This document shows positions 25,066 to 38,720 of a stretch of 64,000 nt of DNA, in pieces. Both the position numbers and the translations under genes were made by a program. Origin of the DNA: Vicugna vicugna (Eukaryota); NCBI GenBank assembly GCA_013265495.1, contig MU057416.1, positions 676,545 through 740,544 of the forward strand, given 5' to 3'. Numbering within the stretch: position 1 is the stretch's first letter; the number at the start of each line of letters is the position of its first letter. The notes beneath the pieces are model-generated. The model was not told the DNA's origin, ran no database searches, and saw nothing but the letters and a program-made list of their open reading frames with translations.

Positions 25066-26660
25066 TTTTGAGGGCGAGCTCAACAGTTTGGGTGAAAATA
25101 CTGATGACTTGTTCATACCTGCAGCCAAAATTAACGCGGTAGAGGTTCCTAGGATATTGTTTGATAAAATTGAAGTACAAAGAATCACCGCTTCTGAACA
25201 TGAAGCAGATTTGACTCAGTAAACATTCGAGTGAATAAACACACAGCCCTGGACTTGGGTGAGAAAGTTGGTAACTACCTAAGTACAGAAGCGTGGCTTA
25301 TCAGCGGCTACATGACTACAGTCTGCGTTGGAGCTGGCTGGCCCTGGGATATGACAGCCAAAGAAAAAGCTACTTGAGTTTTAGGCGTCGTGAGCAAAGG
25401 TGATGTCAGGTTGCACTTGCCTGTCTTGGAACCATGATTTAGAAGACGTGCAAACTGGAGGATGTTATTCACAGGAACATGACAGAAAGGGTGTCTTTAT
25501 ATTTAGGCTTCAATGCAGCTACGTTCCAAGTGGAGAGGCTCCCTCCAGGAAATAAACTGGGCTAGTAATCATAAAATTATTAGCCTTACAGAGTTTGGAA
25601 TTACATAAAATTATAAGTGCTGGTTGATTAATTCCATCCCAAACTGGCAAACCTAGTTTATATAAGCAACAGTACAAGGGCTCCTAACCCAGTTTGGGGT
25701 AGAAAAGCCTTCTTCAGACTTCCTCAGTCAAGGTGCCCGCAGAGGGGGACTAAGTGCAAAATCAGCAAGTGGACGTAAACGCAGCAAGAGAAAACGGGAG
25801 CCGATTTGGAGAATAATCGTAATACAGGCCCCCGTGGACTGATCTGATAGGACTTCCAGTTAGATGGATTCCACTCAGCAGAGAAACGTCTCACAGCAGT
25901 GAGGTTTCAACATAAAGGACTGGGAACTGAGAGATGGAAACAACTGGGGGAAAGAAACAGCTGTTTAAAGAGAAATGTTGGCATCTTTACGATTTGTCAG
26001 GTAAACACCCTTATCATCGCTCCAAGAAACCTATTGCCAAGATCAATGTCACTTTTCAAGGGCGTAGCATCAGATTTGTGGTTTTGGTTTGATATGATGT
26101 GGTTTGGGATAAATGGGAATATTCAGATGGGTCCTTAAATTGCATCAGGACGATTCCCCAAGACCTATTACATGAGGTCACACAAAGATTAATGAAGGTT
26201 GTCAGAGCATAACCACATATTAAAAGCAAGATGTTTGCACACACTCCCCACCTCCCTCTTTTTAAATTAATCTCTATTTTAGAGTGAATAAAATTATGCA
26301 AGTAAACATGACATGTTCTGTGATTTCATCAATAATGTACAGGAAATCCTTTTCCTCTGCAGTAAGTGCCAAACAAAGAGAAAAAGAAGGTCAAGGAGAG
26401 GAGAAGTTGCAGAATTAATTTCGTTCCTTTTTGAAATGAGTCATGGGCAGAAGTCGCAAAGATGAGCGATAGAGTTTTGTCAAAGCACTTCTGTGCATCC
26501 GCAGCCTTCCTGCACAGTTTGTGTGTCAGGGAAAAGCAATGGTGACAGCAGCAACCACGGTCTCACATTTGGTAAAGAAACACTAAAAAACAAAACAAAA
26601 CAAAAAAAAACCCTTCAAATCACAACGTAAGATATTTCCTTCCAGGAGCAGGTTGTTCAC

Positions 26661-27114
26661 CTATCAATTAAGTGAGCTTCGTATCATCATGGAATCGGAA
26701 TGTTTTTGGTGAATTGCATTCTTAGATGAGAGCATGTTCTCCACTTTGTCAAGAGTTAACTTTTAGAAAGAAATTTTCTTTGCTTTCATCAATATAGGGT
26801 GATGCAATGAATAATATGATTTAGTAGAAGAATACAGTGTTTCCTCTCCTTAAACTGTTCTTTATAATTACTTCTTAATTCTGTTTTTTTTTTAAGTCAG
26901 TATTTGAAAGACAAAATGAAAAGAAAGATAGTAAGAGCATTTGATGCTTGGATCTGTCATGTAAATGAACCTTTTCCAAGTTTGTAAAATCATGTCTGTT
27001 ACCGTAATTAGGGCTTGGAAAGCTAATTCAGAGAATAACATCAAACTTAGCCTTTTCCTGAACTGAACTGAACTTTTAGGGTTCATGGGAATTCAGTTCA
27101 CTGCTTGTTGGAAC
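26661..27114 (-). pseudogene. Large exon remnant
   Basis: cattttctcaAG acceptor, tag|GTGAAC donor; LFSELAFQALITVTDMILQTWKRFIY and ILLLNHIIHCITLY**KQENFLSKKLTLDKVENML (compare RNF213 VVGDLLSGTILVGQLELII). Confidence 0.6.
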
Positions 27115-28559
27115 CTTGAGAAAATGTGCTGTTGTTAATTATAACGACTGTCAGAAATGGTTCGTTGTCATCGTTCTGTGTTAACCAGGCACATGTCAGA
27201 CCGGCCGGCTCAGCGCCGTGTCTCACGCTTCCACCCTTTCGACCTCCATCATTTCCTTATGCTTAGTGTCTGTAAGTGATGAATTGATACGAGAAGAAGA
27301 TTGATGAACGTAAGTAACAACACTAAGATATGGAAGGTTAAGAACTGGAAACAATTCTAAAAATTTAGGGAAAAAATGAGCTCATCCAGCCTGAAAGAGG
27401 CCAAGAATCCTGCAAGCGGGCGGCTGTGCGGAGGGATCCGGGCTCACGGTGTGACGGCTCGTGTTTGACCGCGTGATCCCAATGGCTTTTACTCCAGTTT
27501 GGGATTTTACTCCTAGGGCCACATTCTGAATTTGCTTTAATTCAAAGTAGCCCTACTTCGGAACCCCCTCATAACGTCCGCTCTGCCTGTCTGCTGCTTC
27601 CGTATTCCCTCCTGTATGAAAGTCGTTCTTCTGTCCCACAAGCGCCTCCAGTTCTTGGACCTGTCCAGCCAGTTGACAGGATGGCAATGATGACTCTTCC
27701 TAAGCATTTTACACATAGTTCCTCATTTAATACTCAAAGGTATGGTTTTAATTTTCCCCATTTGGCCAGTGGAGAAGCGTTGGCTTAGAGAGGTTTAGTC
27801 TATCAGCCATGGACCGCCTGCCTGCTAAGTCTGCCCGCCTGCAAAGCTCATGTCCTTCCCACCACGAGATACGCCCTCCGCCTTCTTTACTTTCATCCCT
27901 ACCTACCCCCAGTGTCGCAGTCAGCCGTCAGTACCCGTATCATCTAGACAATCTTCAGATTTTTTTCGCTTGACTCTGAAGACCCAGGAGCACATGACTC
28001 TCCAATCCTAGATCAACTCATTTGTTTTCTCTGCCTTTGCTTCCAGCTTCTGAGAAATGTTAGAGAAAATTAAGTTCCAGTGTTCAAAGGCTATATTATA
28101 AAAATATTATTTCAAACTTGAGTTAGAGCCTTAAATGTACACAGCAGCATTTTCACTAATTTTCAGTTACCTCCTTTTCTCATGCTCCACCCCAGCTGTC
28201 CAAAACCCGCACAGGTCTCTGAGGCCCCCAGTTCTGCCCCGACTTCTCTCACTCTGACAAGAACTTGGGTTCTCACTTTGAAAATATTTAAATTAGGAAG
28301 TCCATAAACTTTCTTTCTTCCTCTAAACTTTAAAATAGAGGGCATCAGGAAGTCTCAGCCCTGCTCCAGGGATTTTTTCAACTTATTCAACTGTGAGCTG
28401 AAATTTGGGTTAATGTACAGTTTCTTTTTCTCTTTTTTGAGAAAAGGACAATAATATTTATTAGATTCTCCAAAGGAGTCTGGGATCCAAAAAACGTTCT
28501 GCAGATTTGACCTAAATCTTCACTCTTCTTAACTTTCTTCTCTTTAATTTCAAAAGGAC

Positions 28560-29560
28560 AGGTACTTCTTCCAAATTTAGAATTATTATATCTTCCTGGT
28601 AAATTGCAGTTTTTTATTATTATGAAATTCCTCTTTTTAACATTAGCAGTACTCCTTGGTTTGAGGTCTTTTTTTTTTTAATTAATATAAGTATACCAGC
28701 TTCCTTTTGGTTAGTGTTTGCATGGATGATTTTTTCCATTCAGTTATACTCAATTTATATTAAATGTATGTGTCTTGAAACTAACATGAGTTGAGTTTTT
28801 AATTTTTGACATTCTCTCAATCTTTGTATTCAGTTGAAGTATTAACATAATTTCTAAAATATTGGGAAATACTAAATCTGCCACTTTTTCTTTTTGTCCT
28901 ATCTGTTTTTATCTCTCACCTGTTCTTTAGGAGTACATATTATATTATTCTGATTTTCTGGTCTACTCTTTTGCTACACTTTTTTACAATTCTTTTGGGG
29001 TTGTCACAGAGATTTTGGTAGGAAGTCTTATTAAAATCTAATATAAATGAGTATATGTCCACATCTCAAGCAATGCAAGAATCTTAGAATAATTCTTTAT
29101 CTCTCTGCCAACTTACATAGTATTGTTTTCTTGAAACTCCCCAGACATTACTTTTTATATTTACTTAGATATAGACACATGTTCACTTTTTCCAGTGTTC
29201 TTTAGGACTTCCTGTATCTCTGAGCATTCATCTGGGATTATTTTCTTCTGCCCAAACACAGTTTTCAGTATTTCTATATCATATGTCTGCTGGCAGCAAT
29301 TTTTTTTTCACTTTTTATTATCTAAAAATGCCTTTATGTTAACTTTTAAGATACATTTTCACGTAGAATGCTACATTAACAATTCTCTGTTGACAGTCAT
29401 GCTTCCTCCCGTCCTTTACAATGATCAGTCCAGTGTTCACGGGCTTCCATTGACCCCATTGAGAAGCCCATCATTGCTATTTTGAAGATAATATTTTTCT
29501 TTTTCTCTGTCAGCTTTTAACTCTTTGTCTTTCAACAATTTTATCATGAAGCTGTGGTCT
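28560..29560 (-). mobile_element. Old L1 fragment
   Basis: taccagcttccttttggttagtgtttgcatgg (antisense endonuclease region) and ORF1-like antisense text. Confidence 0.65.
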
Positions 29561-30104
29561 TCCAAAATTGATGAAAGACATCAAGCCATAAATCTAGGAG
29601 AAGAATACTGGAAATGCAGGGATAGAGGGAACGCACCTTAGTCACTTTAATACAAGGCTGTGAGTGAGAAATCTGTAGTAAACGCTGTTGAGTTTGGAGC
29701 AGGAGAGAGCAAGGGTAGACGAGAAATTCTCCCTGGATGAGTGGCCCTTGCCTTTGGACTTGTTGAGTAAGGAAATACAGGAGTGGGCTTATTTTATTTC
29801 AGGTAAAGGAGAGAGAACTGTCATGGAACACAGGAGATTTTGAAAAGACTGTAAAAGGAGAAAACTGAAGAATTCCAAGAAAACATATTTTCACATTTTA
29901 CATTATTTCCATGGAAAGGTATTTTGAGTGGGAGTCATTTTAACGTAGAAAAAAAAAAGAGAGAGAGAGAGACAGAACTACACCAAATAAGCCCAAGCGG
30001 GCCAGTGTCCTCCCTTTCTCATGGCCTGGAGGCCTGGAGAGCAGTTGAAACCAGGAGCCACGACACCGTAAGGCCCCAGTCCCCTCAAACTGAGAAAAGT
30101 TCCA

Positions 30105-31658
30105 AAGCTGGAGGAATAACCCTCCCAGACTTCAGACAATACTACAGAGTTGCAGTAATCAAAACAGGGTGGTACTGGCATAAAAACAGACATATCAATC
30201 AACGGAACAGAATAGAGAGCCCAGAAATAAACCCACACACCAACGGTCAATTAATCTTTGACAGAGGAGGCAAGAATGTACAATGGAGTAAAGACAGTCT
30301 CTTCAGCAAGCAGTGTTGGGAAAACTAGACAGCTGTATGTAAATCAGTGACGTTAGAACACTCCCTCACATCATACACAAAAATAAACTCAAATGGCTTA
30401 AATTCTTAAACATAAGACAAGACACTATAAACCTCCTAGAAGAAAACATAGGCAAAACACTCTCTGACATAAATCTTAGCAATGTTCTCCTAGGGCAGTC
30501 TACCCAAGAAATAGAAATAAAAGCAAAAATAAACAAATGGGACCTAATTAGACTTACAAGTTTTTGCACACAAACCATAAGCAAAACAAACAGACAACCT
30601 GTGGAATCGGATAAAATATTTGCAAATGATGTGACTGATGAGGACTTAATTTCCAGAATATATAAATAGCTCATACACCTTAATAACAAAAGAACAAACA
30701 AGCCAATCCAAAAATGGGCAGAAGACTTAAACAAGCAATTCTCCAATGAAGACATACAAATGGCCAATAGGTACATGAAAAAATGCTCAATGTCACTAAT
30801 TATCAGAGAAATGCAAATCAAAACTACAGTGAGGTATCACCTCACACCAGTCAGAATGGCCATCATTCAAAAGTCCACAAATGACAAATGCTGGAGAGGC
30901 TGTGGAGAAAGGGGAACCCTCTTACACTGCTGGTGGGGATGCAGTTTGGTGCAGCCATTATGGAAAACAGTATGGAGATTCCTCAAAAAACTAAAAATAG
31001 ACTGACCATATGATCCAGCAATCCCACTCCTGGGCATACATCTGGAGGGAACTCTAATTCAAAAAGATACATGCACCCCAGTGTTCATAGCAGCACTACT
31101 TACAACAAACAAGACATGGAAGCAACCTAAATGTCCACTGACAGATGACTGGATAGAGGAGTTGTGGTATATTTATACAATGGAATACTACTCAGCCATA
31201 AAAAGAATAAAATAATGACATTTGCAGCAACATGGATGGACCTAGAGATTGTCGTTGTGAGTGAAGTAAGCCAGAAAGAGAAAGAAAAATACCATATGAT
31301 ATCACTCATATGTGGAATCTAAAAAAAGAAAAAAGAGGACACTGATGCATGCATCTACAAAATGGAAACAGACTTACAGACATAGTAAACAACCTTACGG
31401 TTACCCAGAAAGAGGGTGGGAAGGGATAAATTTGGGAGTTTGAGATTTGCAAATGTTAGCCACTGTATATAAAAATAGATTTAAAAAAAACAGCTCTCTT
31501 CTGTATAGCACAGGAAACTACATTCAATATCCTGTAATAACCTTTAATGAAAAAGAATATGAAAATAAATATTTGTATGTGTATGCATGACCAGGACACT
31601 GTGCTGCACACCAGAAACTGACACACTGTAACTGACTGTACTCCAATTAAAAAAAAAT
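30105..31658 (+). mobile_element. Young 5'-truncated L1 with target-site duplication
   Basis: ORF2 C-terminus ([38 protein letters not shown]), 3' UTR and poly-A; TSD actgagaaaag(t/c)tcca at 30089-30104 and 31659-31674. Confidence 0.95.
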
Positions 31659-33093
31659 ACTGAGAAAAGCTCCATCAGAGACTTCAAAAATCATGGCAAC
31701 AGAAACTCTTGGCATTACTACTGATAGTAATAATAAATACTAATTTTATTTTAGTGTCAGAGTTGATAGCATCCATTTAATATTAATAATGACAGCAAAA
31801 AGCATCAGCAACATTAGTATTAATGACAGTAATAACCCCGAGCCTTGCCGGGCAGCAGCCATCTCCTGTCTTCTGAGGAGGCACCAGTGGAGCACGTGCA
31901 GGGGACACAGGGTGTGGGAGGCGAGGGCAGCTGGGGAGACAGACCTCTTTTGTGATATCAGAACACGTCTAGACCAGTCAGCATCTCAAAGTCATTTCAA
32001 GTCTTTTCCATGTCTAAAGGCTCACTCTGTGAAAGCCGCTCCCCACCTCACTGGTGTAAACCAGTTTACGTGATGAAGGTAGCAGGGCCAGCAAGCACCA
32101 GGCATATATTCAGAAGAATATTTATAGCCAAAAAATTCTCTCTCTTCTGTCTGTCCATCTCTCTGTGCCTGTGGAATTCTAGAAAGGACTAGTGCTCCTC
32201 ACAGTGCTGAATTCAGAGCTGATCTGAGTTAGCCATGTCTGGAGCTACTGATGCAGTCAAAAGATGAAGGGCAACATTTAAACTGCATTTCTTTAATCAA
32301 GTCATAAATGTTTGTTGGGATATTGAGAAAAAGAGTCAGTTTGCCGGGTTTTGCAGAACTGTAAGCTTTGGTGTTGGGGTCTCATGAGGGGCCAGACTCA
32401 GGGTGAGTCCTGAAGGGTGATCCATCCTAAACTTAGCCTGCCTCCCTGTGTGCGAGGCTGACTGGACAAAAGCTTAGAGAAGCAGGAGGCTGGATGGTGG
32501 GAGTGGGCGGGGGGGCAGCGCCTGCAGCTGCGGGTCATTAGCAGTAATCACAGCTGCCCACCCACACAGGAGGGCGAGCTTCCATCCCTCTTTGCCCTCT
32601 CCCTTAGGAAGCCATCTGGCCCAGGCAGCCTAGAGTAAACGCGAGTCAGGGAACTTCATTCCTTTGACATTATTTAAAGTCCGAGTGTAGACCACGCCTT
32701 GGCCTTGGCCTTGGCTTTGGCATGTGAGACTGAGAAGCCCCAAGACAAAAACACACCTCTGCGTGTGCAGCACCGTGGCTGTCCTAAATGAAAGTTCACA
32801 GCAGAATGGGAGCTCCTCGCCCTCCCTGGGTGACCGAGGGGCGAGTGAGTCACGCCCTGGCCCCCGCTCAGCGCCGGGCTGCCTTCTGTTCTCGGCTGAC
32901 TGGCCAGCACTATCTTTGCTGTCTGGGAGAAATGTTAATGTGCCTGTAATTGCCTCTTTACTTCAAAACCAGCCCTCATATTTATTTAGAAATAAAAGAA
33001 ACTGAAGGAAATATTTTCAAGGAAAAACAAAAAAGGAAGAAAGAAAGAACTCCCACATTTCTTTTGGAGTATAAAATCTACTGGTGGTTTCTT

Positions 33094-33130
<37 letters not shown>

Positions 33131-33194
33131 TCTCCTTCACCAAGGTCATTCTATGTGAAACTTTAACCTTATCCAAAACATTGTAGTCACTCAC

Positions 33195-33355
33195 TTAATG
33201 CACGGAGCAGAATTCTACTTTTTTAAGCTCTTTTCACATCTTTGGCATTTTTACTGCACTTTGAGGATTCCATAGAAATACAATCAGTTAAAACAATCTG
33301 TTTGGAGATGCTGATTTCAGTTGACCAATTCTTCTTACAGAAAAATGGTGTCCCT
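33195..33355 (-). pseudogene. Exon remnant
   Basis: tgactttcaaAG acceptor, GTGAGT donor; frame ambiguous (IVLTDCISMESSKCSKNAKDVKRA*KSRILLRAL, or PNRLF*LIVFLWNP). Confidence 0.45.
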
Positions 33356-33874
33356 CTTTGAAAGTCACACAAAATAATACTTTATAATGAAATCACAGGG
33401 GAGTTTTGGTGGCCTTTTATTAGGAATTGAGTGGCTCATTATTATATTTTAGAATACAATTTCGTATTGTGAGTTTGATGTTGAGAACGTAATGAGGTGG
33501 TGGAGATTATTTAAATACTCTAAGGATACATGTGAACGCTCAGCATTAGTCCTTCAGCTTCTTGTAAGTTACATATCCGCTCGAAACTGCTGGCCATAAA
33601 GCCACATCTCTGAGCCAGCGGGTGAGACACAGGACACTGCACTGTGGACAGTTCGATGTTCACAGTCAAACATGCAAAGCCCAGCTGACAAATGTATAAA
33701 ATTAGCCAAAAACTTAGGCATTTTCCCCCAAAAGGAATACTTTTAGTCCCCAGAAGAATTCCATCTGGTTTTTTTTGTTGAGCATATAATACACGGTTGA
33801 GACTAGAGCAGCAGTACTGAAGATGAGTAAAGATTATGACATAAAGAGAAAAAATGATTTTTATACATTTTTAC

Positions 33875-33982
33875 CCAGGACACAAAGTTTCTTTGTGGCA
33901 TCTTCTGCTTACTGTTATTTTAGAGCATGTTTGTTGTATAATTTAGCATTTGGAAACAGCTACCGTTTGGTAGAGAGGCAGC
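33875..33982 (-). pseudogene. Possible exon remnant with decayed acceptor
   Basis: LPLYQTVAV then a frameshift to HALK*Q*AEDATKKLCVL (compare RNF213 EPLSQITAY..IIEAVSSAC); g|GTAAAA donor. Confidence 0.3.
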
Positions 33983-34719
33983 GTATACATTTGGTAGAGA
34001 AAAATAAAGCAAATACAGTTTTAGGTTTGATTATTTTTAAAGACATTACTCAGAAGACGAGATTGTGTTGTTGCTGCTGCTTTCTGGGCTTTAGCAATAA
34101 AGAGCAGATGAAGTTTTATTTTCCCTACCCTTATTTGATGTATTTATAAAGTTATATTTTTAGCCCTGTTTAAACCAATCAATCAAGACATGAGGCTCAA
34201 AAGCTGCTAATGGTGCCTTGATGTTCAAAACCTTTTTGTGTGAGGGTTGACTTACTGAATCATGTCGGTTAGATTTTTCTCCTCAAGATCTAACCAGAGC
34301 TTGGTTTACAAAACTCAAAACGAATCCAACAAAAATAAGCTGAAAAGACTGGCTGTCCTCATTTGTCCTGCTGTCCTCTTTTCAAGCTATTTTTTTCCTT
34401 CGGTGGTAAAGTTTTGACTTTGGGGTTTCTGAAATGCCATAGCTGGCTGTATTTACATTTTGAATCCCTAGTCATGTGGAAGTTTTAATTCTCTATTGAC
34501 ACAGCTTCGAATGACGCGTTTCTTTGAGAACAGTCCAAAGAGAACGTTCTGGATCCACAAACAGCTGATGCCACTCCTTATGTCTAAAATGGGAAGGGGA
34601 AAAAAAAAGGGTGTCTTCGCAGTAACAGAACGGTTCCATTGCTGCTGGGGGGGGTGCACAGCTGAAATGGAGGCTCCTTTTAAAGGCAGTGTCGTTAGGA
34701 CCATCCGTCAGGTCCTGCT

Positions 34720-35760
34720 GTAGCAGGCGCCCCACTGGAGGGAGGACCCTGACAAATAAACGGCCGTCGTCCGGAGAGGTGGTGGCAGGGTGACGGAATG
34801 AACAGAGGACTAGACCTTAGAGCGGCCCAGAGCAGCTTCCTCTGGGAGGAAAGGCCACTGGCGGCCGCGGGGGGGTCAGTCCAGGACCAGAAGCCCTGTG
34901 CGGGGAAAGGAACACCCCGCGACGGTGCGGGCTTGGCGGGGGTTTACAGCCGTCCCGTCCGAGCCCACGAGGGGCCGGCACCTGCCTCCCCTGGGCGCCC
35001 CGCCCCCTGCATCTGCCGCCCCTGGGGGTCCCCCACCCGCGCTGCCGCGGAGGAGCCCCGGCCTCCACCCGGGCCCCGGGCCTCCCCGACGGAGCGCTTC
35101 TCTCCCGCTGCCCGAGACCCCCGCCCCACCCACCGTCTCCACGGCTTCCTTCCGGGAGACCCAGAATCCCAGCTTCCACGTCCTGACCGTGTCGTCCTTG
35201 TCCCCTTAAAGTCTTCTCTTGGGTGTTTGAAAAAAAACAAAACACCGCAGAATGTCCAGTATCAGAGCTTTTGGTTCTTCCCTTAGCTGCTTCTGACCCC
35301 AGCCTGTCTCATCTCAAAGGCCCACCAGCCCTCCACGGTCATCTCAGGGGGTCAGCCTTGAGTTTATCTTTCTCTCACGCCTCCAACCAGTCCATCTCCA
35401 GTTCCCACTGCTTCTGCTCCCAGAGTGGATCTTGAGCTCACCCATGCGCTCTTCGGTTAAACCCGTCATCACAGGCGCGTGTCCCGCCCCCGCTGGGCTC
35501 TCCGCCGCCTCGCTTGTCCCTCTGCAGCGCACTCCCCGGGCAGCGCGCAGGGTGGGTACATAAACGTTTGCACTGTACGGTCACCTTCCTTCGCTCAAAA
35601 CCTCCCAGTGTCTTCCCTCTGCCCTTAGACAGAGCCCAGCCCCTCCCCACAGCCCACAGCCCCCTCCCGGGACCGGCCTCATTCCCCAGTGTACCCGCCC
35701 TCGCGCTCACTGTGTCACAGCCCCTTGTCTTCCGATCCGACAACGCGCCAAACGCGCTGC
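34720..35760. promoter_or_regulatory. CpG-rich island with GC boxes
   Basis: Dense CpG and high GC against an AT-rich background; cccgccc boxes; no repeat recognised. Confidence 0.55.
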
Positions 35761-36348
35761 TTCTTAAATCCTACATATTTCTAGGAATTGGGACCAGTCA
35801 GCCCCTCAGACCACAGACTGTGTGCAGACATCACACTTCTACCTTCTCTGTGCAGCTTCTGAGCACACTCTTCTCAGCCTCCCTCCAGTGTCACTCGTGC
35901 GGACTCTGTCGCCATATTTAATGTCCTGTCTCTCAGTTTGCATCCTCCTTTGGCCCCGCCGAAGCAGTGGGTGTTCTTGGCAACATCCATCCTTCAGAAA
36001 CCGTTTTTATGAGTTTGGGGGGAACTTGATGGCTCTGGATGTCAGAGGAAACATACCGTGATGAGAATTTTTGCTGCTAGAGCTGCTGGGTTTTATTTTT
36101 CATTCGGTCACTTATCAAATATATGACCTTGATAAAGGAACTTAGCCTCAAAGACTCAACTCTCTTATCTATAAAGTGAAGCAGCTACCTGGTGGCATCA
36201 CACACAGACACACGGTGTTCAGCACTGTTCCTGGTCCGGAATGCACATAAACAGGTATAACTTGTAATTCTTACATGGTTCAATAGGCAACTTTAGGGAA
36301 AAAAGTGCTGTTGTGTATAATCACAAGAAATCCTGAAATAATTATTAC

Positions 36349-36777
36349 TTGATACGGGAGGAATACAAACTAAACCCTTTCAGGACAGTCGAAGCCCATT
36401 TACTCAGCCATTGTGCTTTATCGTCTGCACTTGAACTCCGGGTTGAAAACAATTTGCTCTCAAAATAATGACAAACTAGGGAATGCCAAAAAGCCAAATT
36501 TTCCCCAGGCTGTAATTGTGATAAATTTAAAAAGTATTCGAAGAGAGTGATACACTGACCCAAATTCACTGAAGGAGCTCTGACTGTGCTGTTGTTTATT
36601 ACTAAGACAAGTGTTTTGACCACAGGATTGATATTAGAAACAGACAGAGGCTTTATTAACTGGCCATAATATTTTTTAAGTACGTGGGCTGCGTTCTGAA
36701 CAAAACATGCAGCTCGAATAATAGCAGGGTCATATTTTAAAAGTTCCAAGAAATACACAGATAGACAATCATTTTCA
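36349..36777 (-). pseudogene. 429-nt exon with a fully open frame, RNF213 N-arm-like
   Basis: ccttttatacattttaAG acceptor, caa|GTAATA donor, phase 2-2; ENDCLSVYFLELLKYDPAIIRAACF...ENLAFWHSLVCHYF...WLSKWASTVLKGFSLYSSRIK resembles RNF213 EIEVWRRLVEIQF..GWKESLLGDMEWRL. Confidence 0.75.
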
Positions 36778-38048
36778 CTTAAAATGTATAAAAGGATAGA
36801 AAGGATTAAAGGGATAAATTTTCCTTTGGGTTTTTTTGTTTGTTTTGTTTTTGTGAAAAGAGACAGAGTTAACTGCTCAGAGGCTGAGATAGGCAGTGAA
36901 CCTACTACAGGCTTCCAGAAACCCCGAGAGAACAGCAGGATGCTTCCAGGAGGCAGGTGGTGACACCAGTGCAGGAAGACAGGAGAGAGACCGAGGAGAG
37001 CAAGGAGAGAAGGGCCTGCACTCAGGAGCCACTTTTGTGATGGTTTCCTTGAGTGCTGGAATGCTACTGAGGCTTCTCTTAGGGAGCTGACCCCAAGATT
37101 TACCCCCAAAAAAGAAAGAAAAAGTTCAGTTGGCCCAGCTGGGACACACAGATACCTTTTATCTTCCTCCCCCATCACCCATCCTAATTTCCCTTTGCCC
37201 TCAGCTTTTCCTTCCATTGTCTTCGTGGTTGACCTAGTGTTGTGACCCAGATCCCCACTGCCCTTGTCACCAGGACGAGGTCAGCATCCCAGGGTGTAGA
37301 ATGTGTTGTCTCTTTTGTGCTGCCTTTCTCGTGTTATGGACTGTGAGACTGAACAGTTCAGCTTTTACTTTGGAGGGGTGCTTCGGCACCCTCCAACCCC
37401 CGAAGCCCTAAGCACACCCCGGCGTGGCCCCCGCTGGCTGGGCACACGCCTGCCGACGGGCCTGCTCACTGCCCGGAACCTACAGGTGGACGGTCATCCT
37501 GGCGGATGGTCAGGAGGGCGGCGTCTGTGAGTGGAGATAATGGGAATCTTTGGTGGTCAGTCTCCTGTTCCACGGGATCTCTCGCATTCTCTTCAAGGAT
37601 AATTTAGCAGTTCTTCTCTTTTCCTCCCACATCAAAATGTCTTTCTCTTCACTCTCATTGCCGTTGAGACATGTAACATGGATACATGCCCTTTTCCTGA
37701 TTATAGTGAAACCTTTGACCCAGCTTTCTTTCCAGCTACTGAACCACTTCTCTTTTCCCTTTTACAACAAAATGCACAAAAAAGATTGGTTACACTTTCT
37801 TACAGTTCCCTCTTAAACACATCCTAACAGATCTTCACCGTCAGCGATATACCAGAATTTCTCTTTTCAAGGTGACCAATCTCCAAACTAGATCCAATGA
37901 TCAGATTTTAATCCTCATCTTGGTTAACCTAATGGAAGCATCTGACAAACACACATCCCTCTCTCTATTTCTAAGTGGCTTTAAATGAGGGAAGGAATGT
38001 GGGTTGATTTAGGGTGTGTTTAAAACTCCAAATGGTGACTTCTCTTAC

Positions 38049-38087
38049 CTGCTATGACCTCTGAAACTCAAAATTATTTATGTTCAC
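38049..38087 (-). pseudogene. 39-nt micro-exon remnant
   Basis: Strong cttttattcacAG acceptor and cag|GTAAGA donor; VNINNFEFQRS*Q. Confidence 0.45.
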
Positions 38088-38185
38088 CTGTGAATAAAAG
38101 CTCTAGTTAACTAAGATATTACTACATCCTCAAAAACAGCAGAGTATATTCATCTTAACAAAGTCCACCCAGGAACCGCCTTTGG

Positions 38186-38720
38186 AATTGGGTCTGTAGC
38201 TGTGCTGGTGTTCGCCGTGTCCACACTTAATCTTTGCCTGTTTCTGCACTTCCTGGTGGCACAGGAAGCGGACCCTGATGGGCCATGTCAGCTGGTCTCC
38301 TTTACAAAGCTGGTTTCCCGCGGGGTTCAGACACTGAGGGGTACTGGCAGGAAACTAAAGGGCAGCAAGAGAAAGAAGTCAGGATATGTCTCCTCTGATC
38401 CCGCTCCGCTTGGCACAGTGTCTCAGAGAGCAGGTACGATGCATCTCCATGACCTCTGCGCCTGCAGAGACACAGCTGAACAGTTCAGTCTGGCCGGGTC
38501 CCTGTGAAACGCATCTCTCTTCCCGCCGTTCCCTTCCTACGTTGTCATCACTCAATAAGCAGAGTGATAACTTCCTGGGGCTGCTGGTCTGCAGTTGTCT
38601 CAATATCCATTCTTTTCTCTCTTACTTCTCTGTGTACATCTGTAAATCCCACTGTTAAAATTGCCCGTATTGGAGCCATTTGAGATGAATTTTTAAGTGC
38701 CAGGACTGTAGCTGACACAG
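38186..38720. mobile_element. Solo LTR (ERVL/LTR33-like)
   Basis: tgtagctgtgct... to ...ccaggactgtagctgacaca; TG..CA ends. Confidence 0.5.

Noticed and set aside
34798..35286. Overlapping 88-162 aa Pro/Gly/Arg-rich ORFs on both strands
   Set aside because: Expected by-product of a GC-rich island with few stop codons; no recognisable domain.
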